A stretch of DNA of 64,000 bases from Defluviitaleaceae bacterium (GTDB lineage Bacteria; Bacillota; Clostridia; Lachnospirales; WRAX01). A model generated the notes under the pieces. That model searched no databases. It saw only the letters and a program-made list of their open reading frames with translations, and was not told the origin of the DNA. Below are positions 19,332 to 29,158 of this stretch, piece after piece. The stretch's first letter is position 1. Every line of letters starts with the position of its first letter. Location of the stretch: assembly GCA_009784615.1 (NCBI GenBank), contig WRBJ01000003.1, positions 19,005 through 83,004 on the forward strand, given 5' to 3'. The translations under genes and the position numbers were made by a program.

Positions 19332-20651
19332 ATGAAAGGGTTTGAGCTTCCCACAAATATCAAACAAATCGGCAGTGTTAGTGACGGTTTAAAAATATAT
19401 GTGGAAGATTATGTATGTACATATCTGCGCCAATTTGCAGAAAGCGGCGGACATACAGAAAAAGTGGCGTTTTTAGTAGGTAAATATATGGTTATTGATG
19501 GTTCGCCATATGTTTTTGTAAGCGGTGCCATCCAAGGCAAACACAGCGAATTTGCCGATAATATGGAATCTTTCACAGACGCATCATACGATTATGCCGC
19601 CGAAGAACTGGACAAGCATTTTAATGGTTGCGAAATCGTGGGTTGGATGCAATCCCAACCCGGCTATGGCATTTATTTAAACCCAGCCTACGCCGATTAT
19701 CATATGGGCAATTTTACACGCCCATATCACCTGCTTTTCGTAATGGACCCCGTAGAAAAACTGAATTTATTTTACACTTGGAACAAGCAGATGGACGGCA
19801 TAGCCGAAGCTGGTGGATATTTTGTGTACTACGACCAAAACAAAGGTATGCAAGAATATATGGCGGCAAACCGTATAAATCGCGCAAAATCCCCTATTGT
19901 GAAGGACTTGCCAAAGGAAACACCGCCAGCCCCAAAAGAAGTCGTCGAACCGCCACAACCCACAACCCGCCTAAAACTATTTGACGAACCAAAAAATCCC
20001 GCAAATACAACAAAAATCGGTAGAGGCACGCAGCCAATGGGCGGTTTAAAAACAACAACACCCATTACAACAGAACGCAAAGAAGGTCGCAGTATTGAAG
20101 ATATGCGCCGCCTATCTAACCTGCTCGTCGGGCTTTGCGCCGTACTTTTTGTTGTGTCCTTCATAATGGGTGCAGGGCTTTTGCAAAGCGACGGGCGCAT
20201 TAACGCACTAGAATCCGCCATTGTTACAATGGATAATAACAATATACTAATCGCCGACCAAATACGTCAATTATCCGCTGTTGCCGCCTTTGCGCCACAA
20301 GACCTTGCAGACAATATCTCGCCAACCGATGAACACACATCGCCTACGCAAACCATACCAACAACAAACCTTACTCCGCCACTGCAACCACCTGCAGAAC
20401 CTGACACAACACCCATAACCGAACCCATAACAGACCCGCAAACCCAGCCGCCAACCGAAGCACCAACCACCACAACAGCAATAGCAAATGTACCCCAAAC
20501 CTATATCATACAACCCGGCGATTCTCTACTGCAAATAAGTCGTATGTTCTTCGGCGACAGCACAATGGTAAACGCAATTATGGAAATTAACGGCATAACC
20601 GACCCCAATACGATAGGCATAGGGCAAGAAATCCTTTTGCCGCAACAATAG
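19332..20651 (+). CDS. LysM domain-containing membrane protein
   Basis: An AGGAGG RBS lies upstream and a central TM helix is present. A Pro/Thr-rich linker leads to a C-terminal LysM domain (YIIQPGDSLLQISRMFFGD...INGI.DPN.I..GQEILLP). Confidence 0.7.
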   Translation: MKGFELPTNIKQIGSVSDGLKIYVEDYVCTYLRQFAESGGHTEKVAFLVGKYMVIDGSPYVFVSGAIQGKHSEFADNMESFTDASYDYAAEELDKHFNGCEIVGWMQSQPGYGIYLNPAYADYHMGNFTRPYHLLFVMDPVEKLNLFYTWNKQMDGIAEAGGYFVYYDQNKGMQEYMAANRINRAKSPIVKDLPKETPPAPKEVVEPPQPTTRLKLFDEPKNPANTTKIGRGTQPMGGLKTTTPITTERKEGRSIEDMRRLSNLLVGLCAVLFVVSFIMGAGLLQSDGRINALESAIVTMDNNNILIADQIRQLSAVAAFAPQDLADNISPTDEHTSPTQTIPTTNLTPPLQPPAEPDTTPITEPITDPQTQPPTEAPTTTTAIANVPQTYIIQPGDSLLQISRMFFGDSTMVNAIMEINGITDPNTIGIGQEILLPQQ

Positions 20652-21272
20652 TCATTCCAAGAAATAATCCAATATACCAAGATATATCGCCCAAGCTATC
20701 TTTTGCTGATATTCTTCATCAATTAGCTTTTTCGTTTCGGATGCATTGGTTAAAAAACCACATTCTACAATAACGGCAGGTGTTTCCGTTTGTTTTAGCA
20801 AAAAATATGCCGAATTAGCCTTGGCTCCCAATCTATTATCGGGGTCAAGGCTTTGTTTTATTTGGTTTTGTATTGCTTGTGCCAAGCGTTTACTTTCCTC
20901 CGAACCTTCATAATAAAAAGCCTGCGCACCCTTTACACTAGCTTTAGGATAAGCGTTTTGATGTATAGACACAAAAATCTCAGCTTGCAAATCCGTCGGC
21001 ATAACCGCCCTAGCTCTTAAATCTGCCCGCTTTTTATCTGCCAATGCAACATCTTCTGCCCTAGTGGTAAACACTATATTTCCACTACTTTCCAAAAGCA
21101 TCTGCAAATGCTTGGCAATAGCAAGGTTTATATCCTTTTCTTCGTGACCCTGTGCAGAAACTTTACCAGGGTCCCATCCGCCGTGTCCTGCATCAATAAC
21201 AATAATACGTCCTGCACTGCCAAGCGCAACCACGCTTAATAAAGGCACTATCGCCCATTTTAAACTAATCAT
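20652..21272 (-). CDS. cwlD: N-acetylmuramoyl-L-alanine amidase (Amidase_3), CwlD-like
   Basis: An N-terminal anchor is followed by IVIDAGHGGWDPG, FVSIHQNA and VECGFLTN. The size of 206 aa fits CwlD. Confidence 0.7.
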   Translation of the reverse strand: MISLKWAIVPLLSVVALGSAGRIIVIDAGHGGWDPGKVSAQGHEEKDINLAIAKHLQMLLESSGNIVFTTRAEDVALADKKRADLRARAVMPTDLQAEIFVSIHQNAYPKASVKGAQAFYYEGSEESKRLAQAIQNQIKQSLDPDNRLGAKANSAYFLLKQTETPAVIVECGFLTNASETKKLIDEEYQQKIAWAIYLGILDYFLE

Positions 21273-21377
21273 AACTTAACACTCCTAACTTCAAACTATA
21301 AATATTACTTGTAATATTTAGTGTATCTTGGTATAATATAAATATCCTTGCCAAAATAAGTATTGAGGTGAAAATTT

Positions 21378-22007
21378 ATGACAAAAAAACAACTACAGAC
21401 AGTAGCATTTATCATAATTTTAATTATCGGTATAGCCGGTATCGGCGGCATAATATATTATGCCGTATACAGCGATTCTTTAATCGAACGCCCTTTTGTG
21501 CCAGAACGCCGCCAAACTGCCGAGCGTATGTATCGCGAAACCGTAGGCATTGACCTTTCGCAAGACTATCCTGCAAATCCACGTGATTTAATGGAACTTT
21601 ATGCCATAACCCACCAATTTTTATATGGCAATTTTATTGCATTGGATTGGATGTTTATGGAAGTAATCGAATTTCAACGACAATTGTTTTCACAAGAGTT
21701 GCGTTCAGCAAATTCTTCTGCGGAACAATTTAACAACCTAATGAAAGATATAGAGCTTATTTCAGAACAAGGCGGACGTGTATTACGTGCACAGATTTAC
21801 GAATTTACAATAGGATACGGCGAAGACGACGAGGCCCTTATGCAAGTGCGCCATCGCTTTGCACAACACGACGATTTATTTCGTTTGTATCATTTAATAT
21901 TGGATGATGACGGTTATTGGCGCATTAATTCGTGGATAGAAGCCGACGAGCATTTTAACCCAATAATTGGCGCAAATGTGCCCGAAACCGAGGATAACAA
22001 TGGATAA
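21378..22007 (+). CDS. Hypothetical membrane-anchored protein
   Basis: A single N-terminal TM segment. No recognised motif. Confidence 0.4.
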   Translation: MTKKQLQTVAFIIILIIGIAGIGGIIYYAVYSDSLIERPFVPERRQTAERMYRETVGIDLSQDYPANPRDLMELYAITHQFLYGNFIALDWMFMEVIEFQRQLFSQELRSANSSAEQFNNLMKDIELISEQGGRVLRAQIYEFTIGYGEDDEALMQVRHRFAQHDDLFRLYHLILDDDGYWRINSWIEADEHFNPIIGANVPETEDNNG

Positions 22008-22854
22008 TATACAATGGTATCCTGGGCATATGACCAAAGCCTTGCGGATGATGCAAGAAAATTTAAAACTGGTTGATATTTTGATAGAGCTGCTGGATGC
22101 CCGTATTCCTTCATCCAGCAAAAATCCAGATATTGATAAATTGGCGCAAAATAAAAAACGTATTATTGTGCTAAACAAAGCCGACCTTGCAAACGAATCC
22201 TCAAATGTTGCTTGGCAAGCATATTATGAAGGTTTGGGATTTGCCGTAGTTGCAGCAAATTCCAATGCTGGTAAAGGTCTTGATGCCGTAGCAAAAATCG
22301 CCCGTCAGCTAATGAGCGAAAAAATAGAGCGTGCAAAATCCCGTGGTCGCATTAATGTACCAACCCGTGCAATGATTGTAGGTATACCAAATGTCGGCAA
22401 ATCTACAATGATAAACCGCTATGCAGGCAAAAAAATGGCGCAGGTCGCCGACAGACCGGGCGTTACCAAAGGCAAGCAATGGATAACAATTTCAAATGAT
22501 TTTGAACTTTTAGACACACCGGGCATATTATGGCCAAAATTTGAAGGTAGCGGCGGCACAAACCTAGCAATAACAGGCGCAATAAACGACAATATTTTAG
22601 ACCGCGAAAAATTAGCACAATCGTTAATCATTCATTTACAGCAAAACAACCCACAAGCCATAACAAACCGCTATAAAATTAATTTTAACGAGAACAATAC
22701 ACCCGCTGAAATCTTGCATAAAATTGGCAATGCACGTGGTTTTAAAACCAAAGACGATGGTATCGACCTGCTAAAATCCGCCGTAATCCTACTAGACGAG
22801 TTTAGAGGAGGCAAACTAGGACGCATAACGCTGGAGGGTGTCAATGATGGGTGA
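22000..22854 (+). CDS. rbgA: Ribosome biogenesis GTPase A (YlqF/RbgA)
   Basis: The sequence begins MDNIQWYPGHMTKA. The circularly permuted GTPase motifs NKADL and GIPNVGKST are present. Confidence 0.9.
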   Translation: MDNIQWYPGHMTKALRMMQENLKLVDILIELLDARIPSSSKNPDIDKLAQNKKRIIVLNKADLANESSNVAWQAYYEGLGFAVVAANSNAGKGLDAVAKIARQLMSEKIERAKSRGRINVPTRAMIVGIPNVGKSTMINRYAGKKMAQVADRPGVTKGKQWITISNDFELLDTPGILWPKFEGSGGTNLAITGAINDNILDREKLAQSLIIHLQQNNPQAITNRYKINFNENNTPAEILHKIGNARGFKTKDDGIDLLKSAVILLDEFRGGKLGRITLEGVNDG

Positions 22855-23632
22855 TGTTCTTAAAAAAGATTGGCTAAAAGGCTTAATTTTCGCTTGCGGT
22901 ATTGTGTTTGGCATATCCCTATTTCAAACCACACCCGATGGCGAAACGCTTTTGCACGGGTTTTTGGGCATTTTTGGGATAGGTTCTGTTTTACATATCG
23001 GTGCAATAAGTTTCACAGTAGCAAATTTTTTGCTACTTTCCGCAATGGTTGTATGTTTTATTTATAATAGAAAATATTGGAAAAACTACAGTGAAAAATT
23101 CTCACAATTAAACAAATGGCTGTATAGCATACCATATTTTGCCGCCGCAATCATTATGATGTCTTTTCTTTGGTCTTTAAATCCATCTATTATCGACCGC
23201 ATATACTTCGCCAACCTATCCCGCAACCAAGGCATAGAAGCAGTAACAAAAAATGGTCACGGCTTTCCGTTATACATCAACGACACAGGTATTGACAGGG
23301 AATATAGATACGCCTTTACACTAACCAACCACGGCAACAACGTACAAGAAGTGTATATTTATCTTGCATACAGTGATTTTTTCTCGTCAGACAGCAGGCT
23401 AATATATAACGAAACCCCTATTTTGGACGAAAACGGCGAGCCAAAGCGTTTTATGTTATTTGGGGCACATTCACAGTTTGCAGTAATGGGTGATTTTGTA
23501 ACCCCATCCATCACCAACGCCATCCGTAGCAGTTCGCATCATCGCTACACAGTTATAATTGTCGATGTACAAACAGGTCAAAGACACGAACCAACAACGG
23601 TTTTTAGAGGTAGGCACGGACAAAGATTTTAA
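22838..23632 (+). CDS. Hypothetical integral membrane protein
   Basis: Several N-terminal TM helices and a soluble C-terminal domain. The start is uncertain. Confidence 0.4.
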   Translation: MSMMGDVLKKDWLKGLIFACGIVFGISLFQTTPDGETLLHGFLGIFGIGSVLHIGAISFTVANFLLLSAMVVCFIYNRKYWKNYSEKFSQLNKWLYSIPYFAAAIIMMSFLWSLNPSIIDRIYFANLSRNQGIEAVTKNGHGFPLYINDTGIDREYRYAFTLTNHGNNVQEVYIYLAYSDFFSSDSRLIYNETPILDENGEPKRFMLFGAHSQFAVMGDFVTPSITNAIRSSSHHRYTVIIVDVQTGQRHEPTTVFRGRHGQRF

Positions 23633-23649
23633 CATAGGAGGACACAATT

Positions 23650-24483
23650 GTGGAAAACTTGAAAGAAATTGAAATTTTTGCGGCGAAAATTCGCCTTGAA
23701 ACAACAAAAATGATAGGCACACGTGGCTTTGGGCATATTTCAGGCTCATTATCTGTCGCCGACGCTTTGGCGGTACTTTACGGCGGCGTGATGAATGTCC
23801 GCCCCAACGAACCAAATTGGGCAGAGCGTGATAAGCTCGTTATGTCAAAAGGACACGCAGGTCCTGCGGTATATTCTGCCCTTGCTTTGCGTGGCTTTTT
23901 TTCTATGGATTGGCTGGCAACCCTTAACCAACCCGAAACCCGACTTCCAAGCCATTGCGATATGAAGCTAACACCAGGTGTAGATATGACAACAGGCTCG
24001 CTGGGGCAAGGTGCGTCCGCCGCTGTTGGTTTGGCACTTGCACAAAAACTGGACGAACTATCATCCCGCACATATCTATTTGTAGGCGACGGCGAATGTA
24101 ACGAAGGTCAAGTGTGGGAAGCCATAATGTTTGCCGCACAGCACAAACTAAACAACCTCGTAACCTTTGTAGATTATAATAAAAAACAACTAGACGGCAC
24201 AACTGCAGAAGTTATAGATATGGGCGACATCGCCGTAAAATTCGCAAATTTTGGCTGGCATACACAAAATATTAACGGACAAAGCGTTGCCGAAATTGTA
24301 CAGGCTCTGCAAAACCTCTCATCAAATATGCCAAATGCTATAATCCTTAACACCACCAAAGGCGCAGGAGTATCAGCAATATCTGATGTGACATTAAACC
24401 ATCATATGGTTGTGGATGGCGATTTGCTCGCCACGGCAATTGCGGAATGTGAAGCAAAACTTGCAGAACTGGGGGTTAAATAA
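23650..24483 (+). CDS. Transketolase, N-terminal subunit
   Basis: A GTG start follows AGGAGG. The thiamine-diphosphate motifs SKGHAGPAVY and GDGECNEGQVWE are present. Confidence 0.9.
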   Translation: MENLKEIEIFAAKIRLETTKMIGTRGFGHISGSLSVADALAVLYGGVMNVRPNEPNWAERDKLVMSKGHAGPAVYSALALRGFFSMDWLATLNQPETRLPSHCDMKLTPGVDMTTGSLGQGASAAVGLALAQKLDELSSRTYLFVGDGECNEGQVWEAIMFAAQHKLNNLVTFVDYNKKQLDGTTAEVIDMGDIAVKFANFGWHTQNINGQSVAEIVQALQNLSSNMPNAIILNTTKGAGVSAISDVTLNHHMVVDGDLLATAIAECEAKLAELGVK

Positions 24484-24485
24484 TA

Positions 24486-25436
24486 ATGAGCATAATTTAT
24501 GACGGAAGTATAGATAAAATTGTATACAAAACAGTGTTTGGCGAAACTATGGAAGCCATTGCAAATGCCGATAGCAACGTGGTTTATTTGGATGCAGATT
24601 TAATGGGGTCGATAGGCACAACAGGTTTTTGGAAGCGTAACCCAAAACAGGCAATAAATGTAGGTATTGCCGAAGCAAATATGGCAGGCATTGCCGCAGG
24701 TCTATCCGCCGCTGGCAAAAAGCCTTATTTGCACACTTTCGGGCCATTTGCATCCCGCCGCATTTACGACCAAGTTTTCTTGTCGATAGCATATGCAGGC
24801 AATAACGCACGCATTTTTGGTAGCGACCCTGGCGTTGCAGCCGCATTTAACGGCGGCACACATATGCCTTTTGAAGATTTGGCATTATACCGTGCAATCC
24901 CCCATTCTACCGTAATAGAAATTTCCGACGGCGCAATGTTAGAAGCCCTTATGTGGCAGGTTAAAGACCGTAGCGGTTTAACCTACACCCGCCTAACCCG
25001 CAAAGCATACCCAACCATATACTCAAAAGACCATAAATTTACCATCGGTAAAGGCGAAATTATTCGCAAAGGCACCGACGCAACCATCATCGCCTGCGGT
25101 CTAATGGTTGGCGAAGCTCTTGCCGCCGCCGAAAAACTAGCCACAGACGACATTAATGTACAAGTTATAGATATGTTCACAATAAAGCCGCTGGATGTAG
25201 ATTTGGTGTTGGAAGCCGCAAAAACAGGCATTATAATCACCGCCGAAAATCATAATGTAATAGGTGGACTAGGTGACGCTGTAGCCTCAACCTTACTAGA
25301 AGCAGGCGTTGCGCCAAAATTCAAGCGCATTGGCATTGAAGAATCTTTCGGACAAGTAGGTCCACAAGATTTCCTGCAAAAACACTATGGTCTAACCGCC
25401 GAAAACATAGAAAAAACCCTGCGAGATATACTATAA
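24486..25436 (+). CDS. Transketolase, C-terminal subunit
   Basis: The pyrimidine-binding and C-terminal domains are present (GIAEANM.GIAAGLS, TAENHN.IGGLG). Confidence 0.9.
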   Translation: MSIIYDGSIDKIVYKTVFGETMEAIANADSNVVYLDADLMGSIGTTGFWKRNPKQAINVGIAEANMAGIAAGLSAAGKKPYLHTFGPFASRRIYDQVFLSIAYAGNNARIFGSDPGVAAAFNGGTHMPFEDLALYRAIPHSTVIEISDGAMLEALMWQVKDRSGLTYTRLTRKAYPTIYSKDHKFTIGKGEIIRKGTDATIIACGLMVGEALAAAEKLATDDINVQVIDMFTIKPLDVDLVLEAAKTGIIITAENHNVIGGLGDAVASTLLEAGVAPKFKRIGIEESFGQVGPQDFLQKHYGLTAENIEKTLRDIL

Positions 25437-25808
25437 ACGCTTAAGATGCTATCCGTGAAGAGAGTATATAACACAATTCGGATAATATCATCACAAACAC
25501 CAGAAATATGATAGAATAGCTTTACTGACTGGATTGCTAAAAACCGAAGAGTGCACTTATGCACCACTACGGTGGTACGTTCGTAAAGCTTATACTAGGC
25601 AAAGTTCGTAGGGACAACACCCTTTGTTGCGTTTGGATGTAGATAAAAGGATAGGTGTAACAAAAGCTCCGCAAGGTGTTCTTGCGTTAACATAGATATT
25701 CTAATATTCTGAAAGGGGATGATATATTATGAGAAACAAAACTGCTACTATCTCAATATGGAGAGTGATTTCAACATAACTCTCCACAATAATTTAAGGA
25801 GAGTGTTT

Positions 25809-26294
25809 ATGATAAAACAGCCGAATGTGGTAATAAGACCGTATTCTGATTCAACAGATTTTGACGCTTTTGCACAGATGGTCGGGGTGTATTTCATTGA
25901 AGATTTGAAAGAACCCCTCAATAACAACCCGCCTATTGGGATGTGCAAAGCAATGACACAAAGTGTCAAAGATGCCATCACCTATCTTGACATCTTGCAC
26001 ATAGATGACTCCCCAATAGGTTTCATTATGTATCAGGTAGATAGTCCCAAAAGTAATTGGTGTGAAAAAGAGGGTTATGGTTTTATAAGAGAGATGTATA
26101 TTCGCAAAGACTATCGTAAACAAGGTTATGGCAAAACCCTTGTTGCTTATGCCGAAAGCGAACTAAAAAGGCTGTCTGTTCCATATATTTACCTAACTTC
26201 TTCCAACGATGCCTTTTGGTTAAGTGTCGGATATGCCAGCACTGGCGAAATTTGCGAAAAAAACAATAACCATATTTTAATCAAGCAATCGTAG
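25809..26294 (+). CDS. GNAT-family N-acetyltransferase
   Basis: The acetyl-CoA binding motif RKQGYGKTLV is present. Length is about 161 aa from the ATG at 25809. Confidence 0.7.
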   Translation: MIKQPNVVIRPYSDSTDFDAFAQMVGVYFIEDLKEPLNNNPPIGMCKAMTQSVKDAITYLDILHIDDSPIGFIMYQVDSPKSNWCEKEGYGFIREMYIRKDYRKQGYGKTLVAYAESELKRLSVPYIYLTSSNDAFWLSVGYASTGEICEKNNNHILIKQS

Positions 26295-26509
26295 CTTACA
26301 ACAAAGTCGGATGCCATAAAAAGCATCCGTCTTTACGTTCGCTACTGTTATTAGGAATCTGTAGCATTATTTTACCCTTTACAGTATGCATTTTAAAGAA
26401 CGTAGGAGCGAACATCACTCGCTCGACACTGGCATTTTTCATCAATTTATCACTTTATCTTTAATTTAAAACAATCCCTTATAGCGAGGGATTGTTTTAT
26501 TGTCCAATG

Positions 26510-27220
26510 TTAACGCCCAACAGGATGAACCATTCCTGAATATGTTACAGTCCAAAATGTTTCTCCAGGTCTAATGCCAGGGGACGAACCACTGGTTGAG
26601 TAATTTAGCACACCAAAATGCGGTATTCCATTGATATGACCATTCCACGTCAAAGTTCTCGGGGGGTTAGTTCCGTGTGGTAGCAAAATTGATATTGTTT
26701 CTTGAACTTGATGAGAGGAAAATGAAATAGCATCACTTGACGAAACGTGCTGTAAATCTTGTCCAACTTCAAAAGAACGACCAGCCAAATGCACCCATCC
26801 CGAATAGTATACAACCCAAATAAAAAGATTTGGGTCGTTTGGAGATTGCCCTCTATTTTCACTGCTAGTAAGCGTTAGAGTGCCCACGTGCCAACCTCCG
26901 CTAAGATGTCCCTGAAAGTTAAGAGTTCTTGATGGTGTCGTGCCTGTCGGTAAAGCCATAACCACTTGTTGCGAGTACCAAACGCTCGACAGAGGATTAA
27001 CGGAATTGGTGTTATTATTTTCGTAGGACGCCCTAACCATTTCTTGCTGAAGCCCAAACATAAATTCACTATCTTCTGCAACACCTATCATATATTGCTG
27101 AAGGTCATAAAATTCAATGTTTGCTTCACTTTGAATTTCTGCCGACATTGGTACGATAGTCGCAAATACCATCACGAAAGTCAAAAGACCCGCAAACAAT
27201 GTTCGTTTAGTTTTTAACAT
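26510..27220 (-). CDS. Secreted protein made of two tandem homologous domains
   Basis: The ATG at 27220 follows AAGGAGGAAAG, and a signal peptide is present. A ~65-aa unit occurs twice (LPTGTTPSRTLNFQGHLSGGWHVG...YYSGWVHLAGR and LPHGTNPPRTLTWNGHINGIPHFG...TYSGMVHPVGR). Confidence 0.5.
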   Translation of the reverse strand: MLKTKRTLFAGLLTFVMVFATIVPMSAEIQSEANIEFYDLQQYMIGVAEDSEFMFGLQQEMVRASYENNNTNSVNPLSSVWYSQQVVMALPTGTTPSRTLNFQGHLSGGWHVGTLTLTSSENRGQSPNDPNLFIWVVYYSGWVHLAGRSFEVGQDLQHVSSSDAISFSSHQVQETISILLPHGTNPPRTLTWNGHINGIPHFGVLNYSTSGSSPGIRPGETFWTVTYSGMVHPVGR

Positions 27221-27370
27221 AAACTTTCCTCCTTTGGAATAAATCACATTTGCCACACTATTATCCACGGCGGCGGTGTGGCATCTCGCCGCTTTAAACT
27301 GACATTCAATTTCCGCCTTCATAGGCATTCCCCCTTTGTGTTTATGATATGTAAAAATTGGTACTTTCTA

Positions 27371-27395
27371 ATTATAACACACACACACACGTCAA
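27371..27395 (-). promoter_or_regulatory. Promoter-like TTGACG-(GT)n-TATAAT upstream of the tandem-domain secreted protein gene
   Basis: The minus strand reads TTGACGTGTGTGTGTGTGTTATAAT. The (GT)7 tract fills the whole 13-nt spacer and also creates a TGn extended -10. Confidence 0.5.
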
Positions 27396-27480
27396 GCACT
27401 TTTTAAAATTTTGTCTAAAAAAATTATTGCGGTTTTACTTGGCTTTATATAAACTTATCAAACATCGCTTAATTTAATAT

Positions 27481-27510
27481 TGTAAGGACACAATATATTG
27501 TGTCCTTACA
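27481..27510. terminator. Perfect 30-nt palindrome at the 3' end of the ABC exporter operon
   Basis: The sequence TGTAAGGACACAATATATTGTGTCCTTACA overlaps the TAA stop of the 550-aa exporter. Confidence 0.6.
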
Positions 27511-29158
27511 CCTCTATCACCTTATCACATAGCGAGATAGAGCTTTTTCTATGCGCCACAACAATAATAGTCTTATCTTTGGCAATACTTTCAATAGCAT
27601 CTTGTATTATATTTTCGCTATATTGGTCTAATGCGCTGGTTGCCTCATCAAAAACATAAACATCAACATCCCGTAAAAACTGCTTGGCAAGCGTTATCCT
27701 TTGCCTTTGCCCGCCAGATAACTTTACACCACGCTCACCAATCACCGTATCTAGCCCATTATCCAAACCATCAATAAAATCCAAAATAAAGGCTTTTTCG
27801 CAAGCGAACCGTAATTCATCATCTGTAGCATTCGGCTTGGCATAAAGAAGGTTTTCCTTTATCGAAGCATTAAATAAAGTATTTTCCTGCATAGCAAACC
27901 CAAAATGCCTGTGAAGCGTTTCGGTTTTTATTTTTTTGGTAGATACGCCAGAAAATATCACCTCACCATACGTAGGTTGCAACATACCCAATATCAACTT
28001 TAAAATGGTGGTTTTTCCAGCTCCACTTTTGCCCACTATCGCCACACGTTCGCCTTTTGATATATAAAAACTTAGGTTATTGACAACAGCTTTATCCGAT
28101 GAAGGATATGAAAAACTTACATCTCTAAACTCTATACCACCATCCCCGCTTGGTATTTTATATTCCATTTGTTTTCTCGAGCTCGCAAAAAGCTCCTCCA
28201 ACATCCTCTCACTTTTTGGCTTTGCAGAAATAAGCTCGGCATCCGTTCGAGAAACCGTTTCCAAAGCACCCGACAACAAAGCATAATATTGCATAAAAAT
28301 CAACAACGAACCAATGCTAAAATACCCGCCAATAATCAACATCCCACCAAAAAAATACAACCCAAAGCGCATTAAAAATTCTTCTTTTATCTTCGGAATA
28401 ATAATGGCTCGAGCAACCCAATAATTTATCCAAGTGCCAAAGTAAACCGCAAACTTACGTATGTGCTGTATAAATTTCTTTTCTTCGTGCTTTTGCAAAT
28501 TTAACGCCTTAATCTCACGCCATCCCTGCACAGACGAATGTAACCAACTAGACATTTTTTGGGCATTTTCTCTTTGCCAATCAAGCACTTTTGCCTCACG
28601 CTTCGCTATGCTATTATCCAACCAAAGCGTTAAAGGTATGCCGATTATAGCAAAAATAGCAAGCCGCCATTCAATAAAAAGCAACAATACCGTTGAAATC
28701 ACCAATGTCAAAAAGGCAGTAACATAACCCGTTGTCTGAGCTTCGGCATAATCCGCAATACAGCTTGTATCATCCTCCACTCGCATTTTCATATCGCCAA
28801 CGCTTTGGTTGTCGTAATCCAAAAAATCACGTTTAAAAACCCCTCGTATAATCTTCATTTTAACCCTATATGTAACACGATTAACCCAACGGTTTGTGCT
28901 GTAATTCTTTACATAAGCAAAAACCGATTTTAAAAGAAAAATACCAAAATATCCTATAATAACAATAAACATAAGCGAAAACTGACCGCCCAGTATAACC
29001 TCATCAATAAAAAGCCCATAAAACAGCGGTTGTACAAAACTCAAGCCCATTATAGTCACACTTACCACGCCATTAAGCACCATAAAACGATTAACGCCAA
29101 ATGAAAAAGGACGAAAGGCTTTTAGCATTGTGGCACGGTATTTTAATTTTGCGAACAT
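27506..29158 (-). CDS. ABC exporter, fused permease/ATPase (half-transporter)
   Basis: A six-TM N-terminal domain is followed by Walker A GKSGAGKTT, signature LSGGQRQR and Walker B VYVFDEATSALD. Confidence 0.85.
   Translation of the reverse strand: MFAKLKYRATMLKAFRPFSFGVNRFMVLNGVVSVTIMGLSFVQPLFYGLFIDEVILGGQFSLMFIVIIGYFGIFLLKSVFAYVKNYSTNRWVNRVTYRVKMKIIRGVFKRDFLDYDNQSVGDMKMRVEDDTSCIADYAEAQTTGYVTAFLTLVISTVLLLFIEWRLAIFAIIGIPLTLWLDNSIAKREAKVLDWQRENAQKMSSWLHSSVQGWREIKALNLQKHEEKKFIQHIRKFAVYFGTWINYWVARAIIIPKIKEEFLMRFGLYFFGGMLIIGGYFSIGSLLIFMQYYALLSGALETVSRTDAELISAKPKSERMLEELFASSRKQMEYKIPSGDGGIEFRDVSFSYPSSDKAVVNNLSFYISKGERVAIVGKSGAGKTTILKLILGMLQPTYGEVIFSGVSTKKIKTETLHRHFGFAMQENTLFNASIKENLLYAKPNATDDELRFACEKAFILDFIDGLDNGLDTVIGERGVKLSGGQRQRITLAKQFLRDVDVYVFDEATSALDQYSENIIQDAIESIAKDKTIIVVAHRKSSISLCDKVIEV

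Noticed and set aside
20649-20654. Back-to-back stop codons of the convergent LysM-protein gene and cwlD, with no spacer or terminator.
   Set aside because: The arrangement is real but probably trivial. There is no evidence of functional overlap, only the possibility of convergent transcription.
25545-25590. ACGGTGGTACGTTCG as a genuine T-box.
   Set aside because: No Stem I or AGAGA/specifier architecture lies upstream, and no terminator competes with the motif downstream. It is kept only as part of an unassigned spacer.
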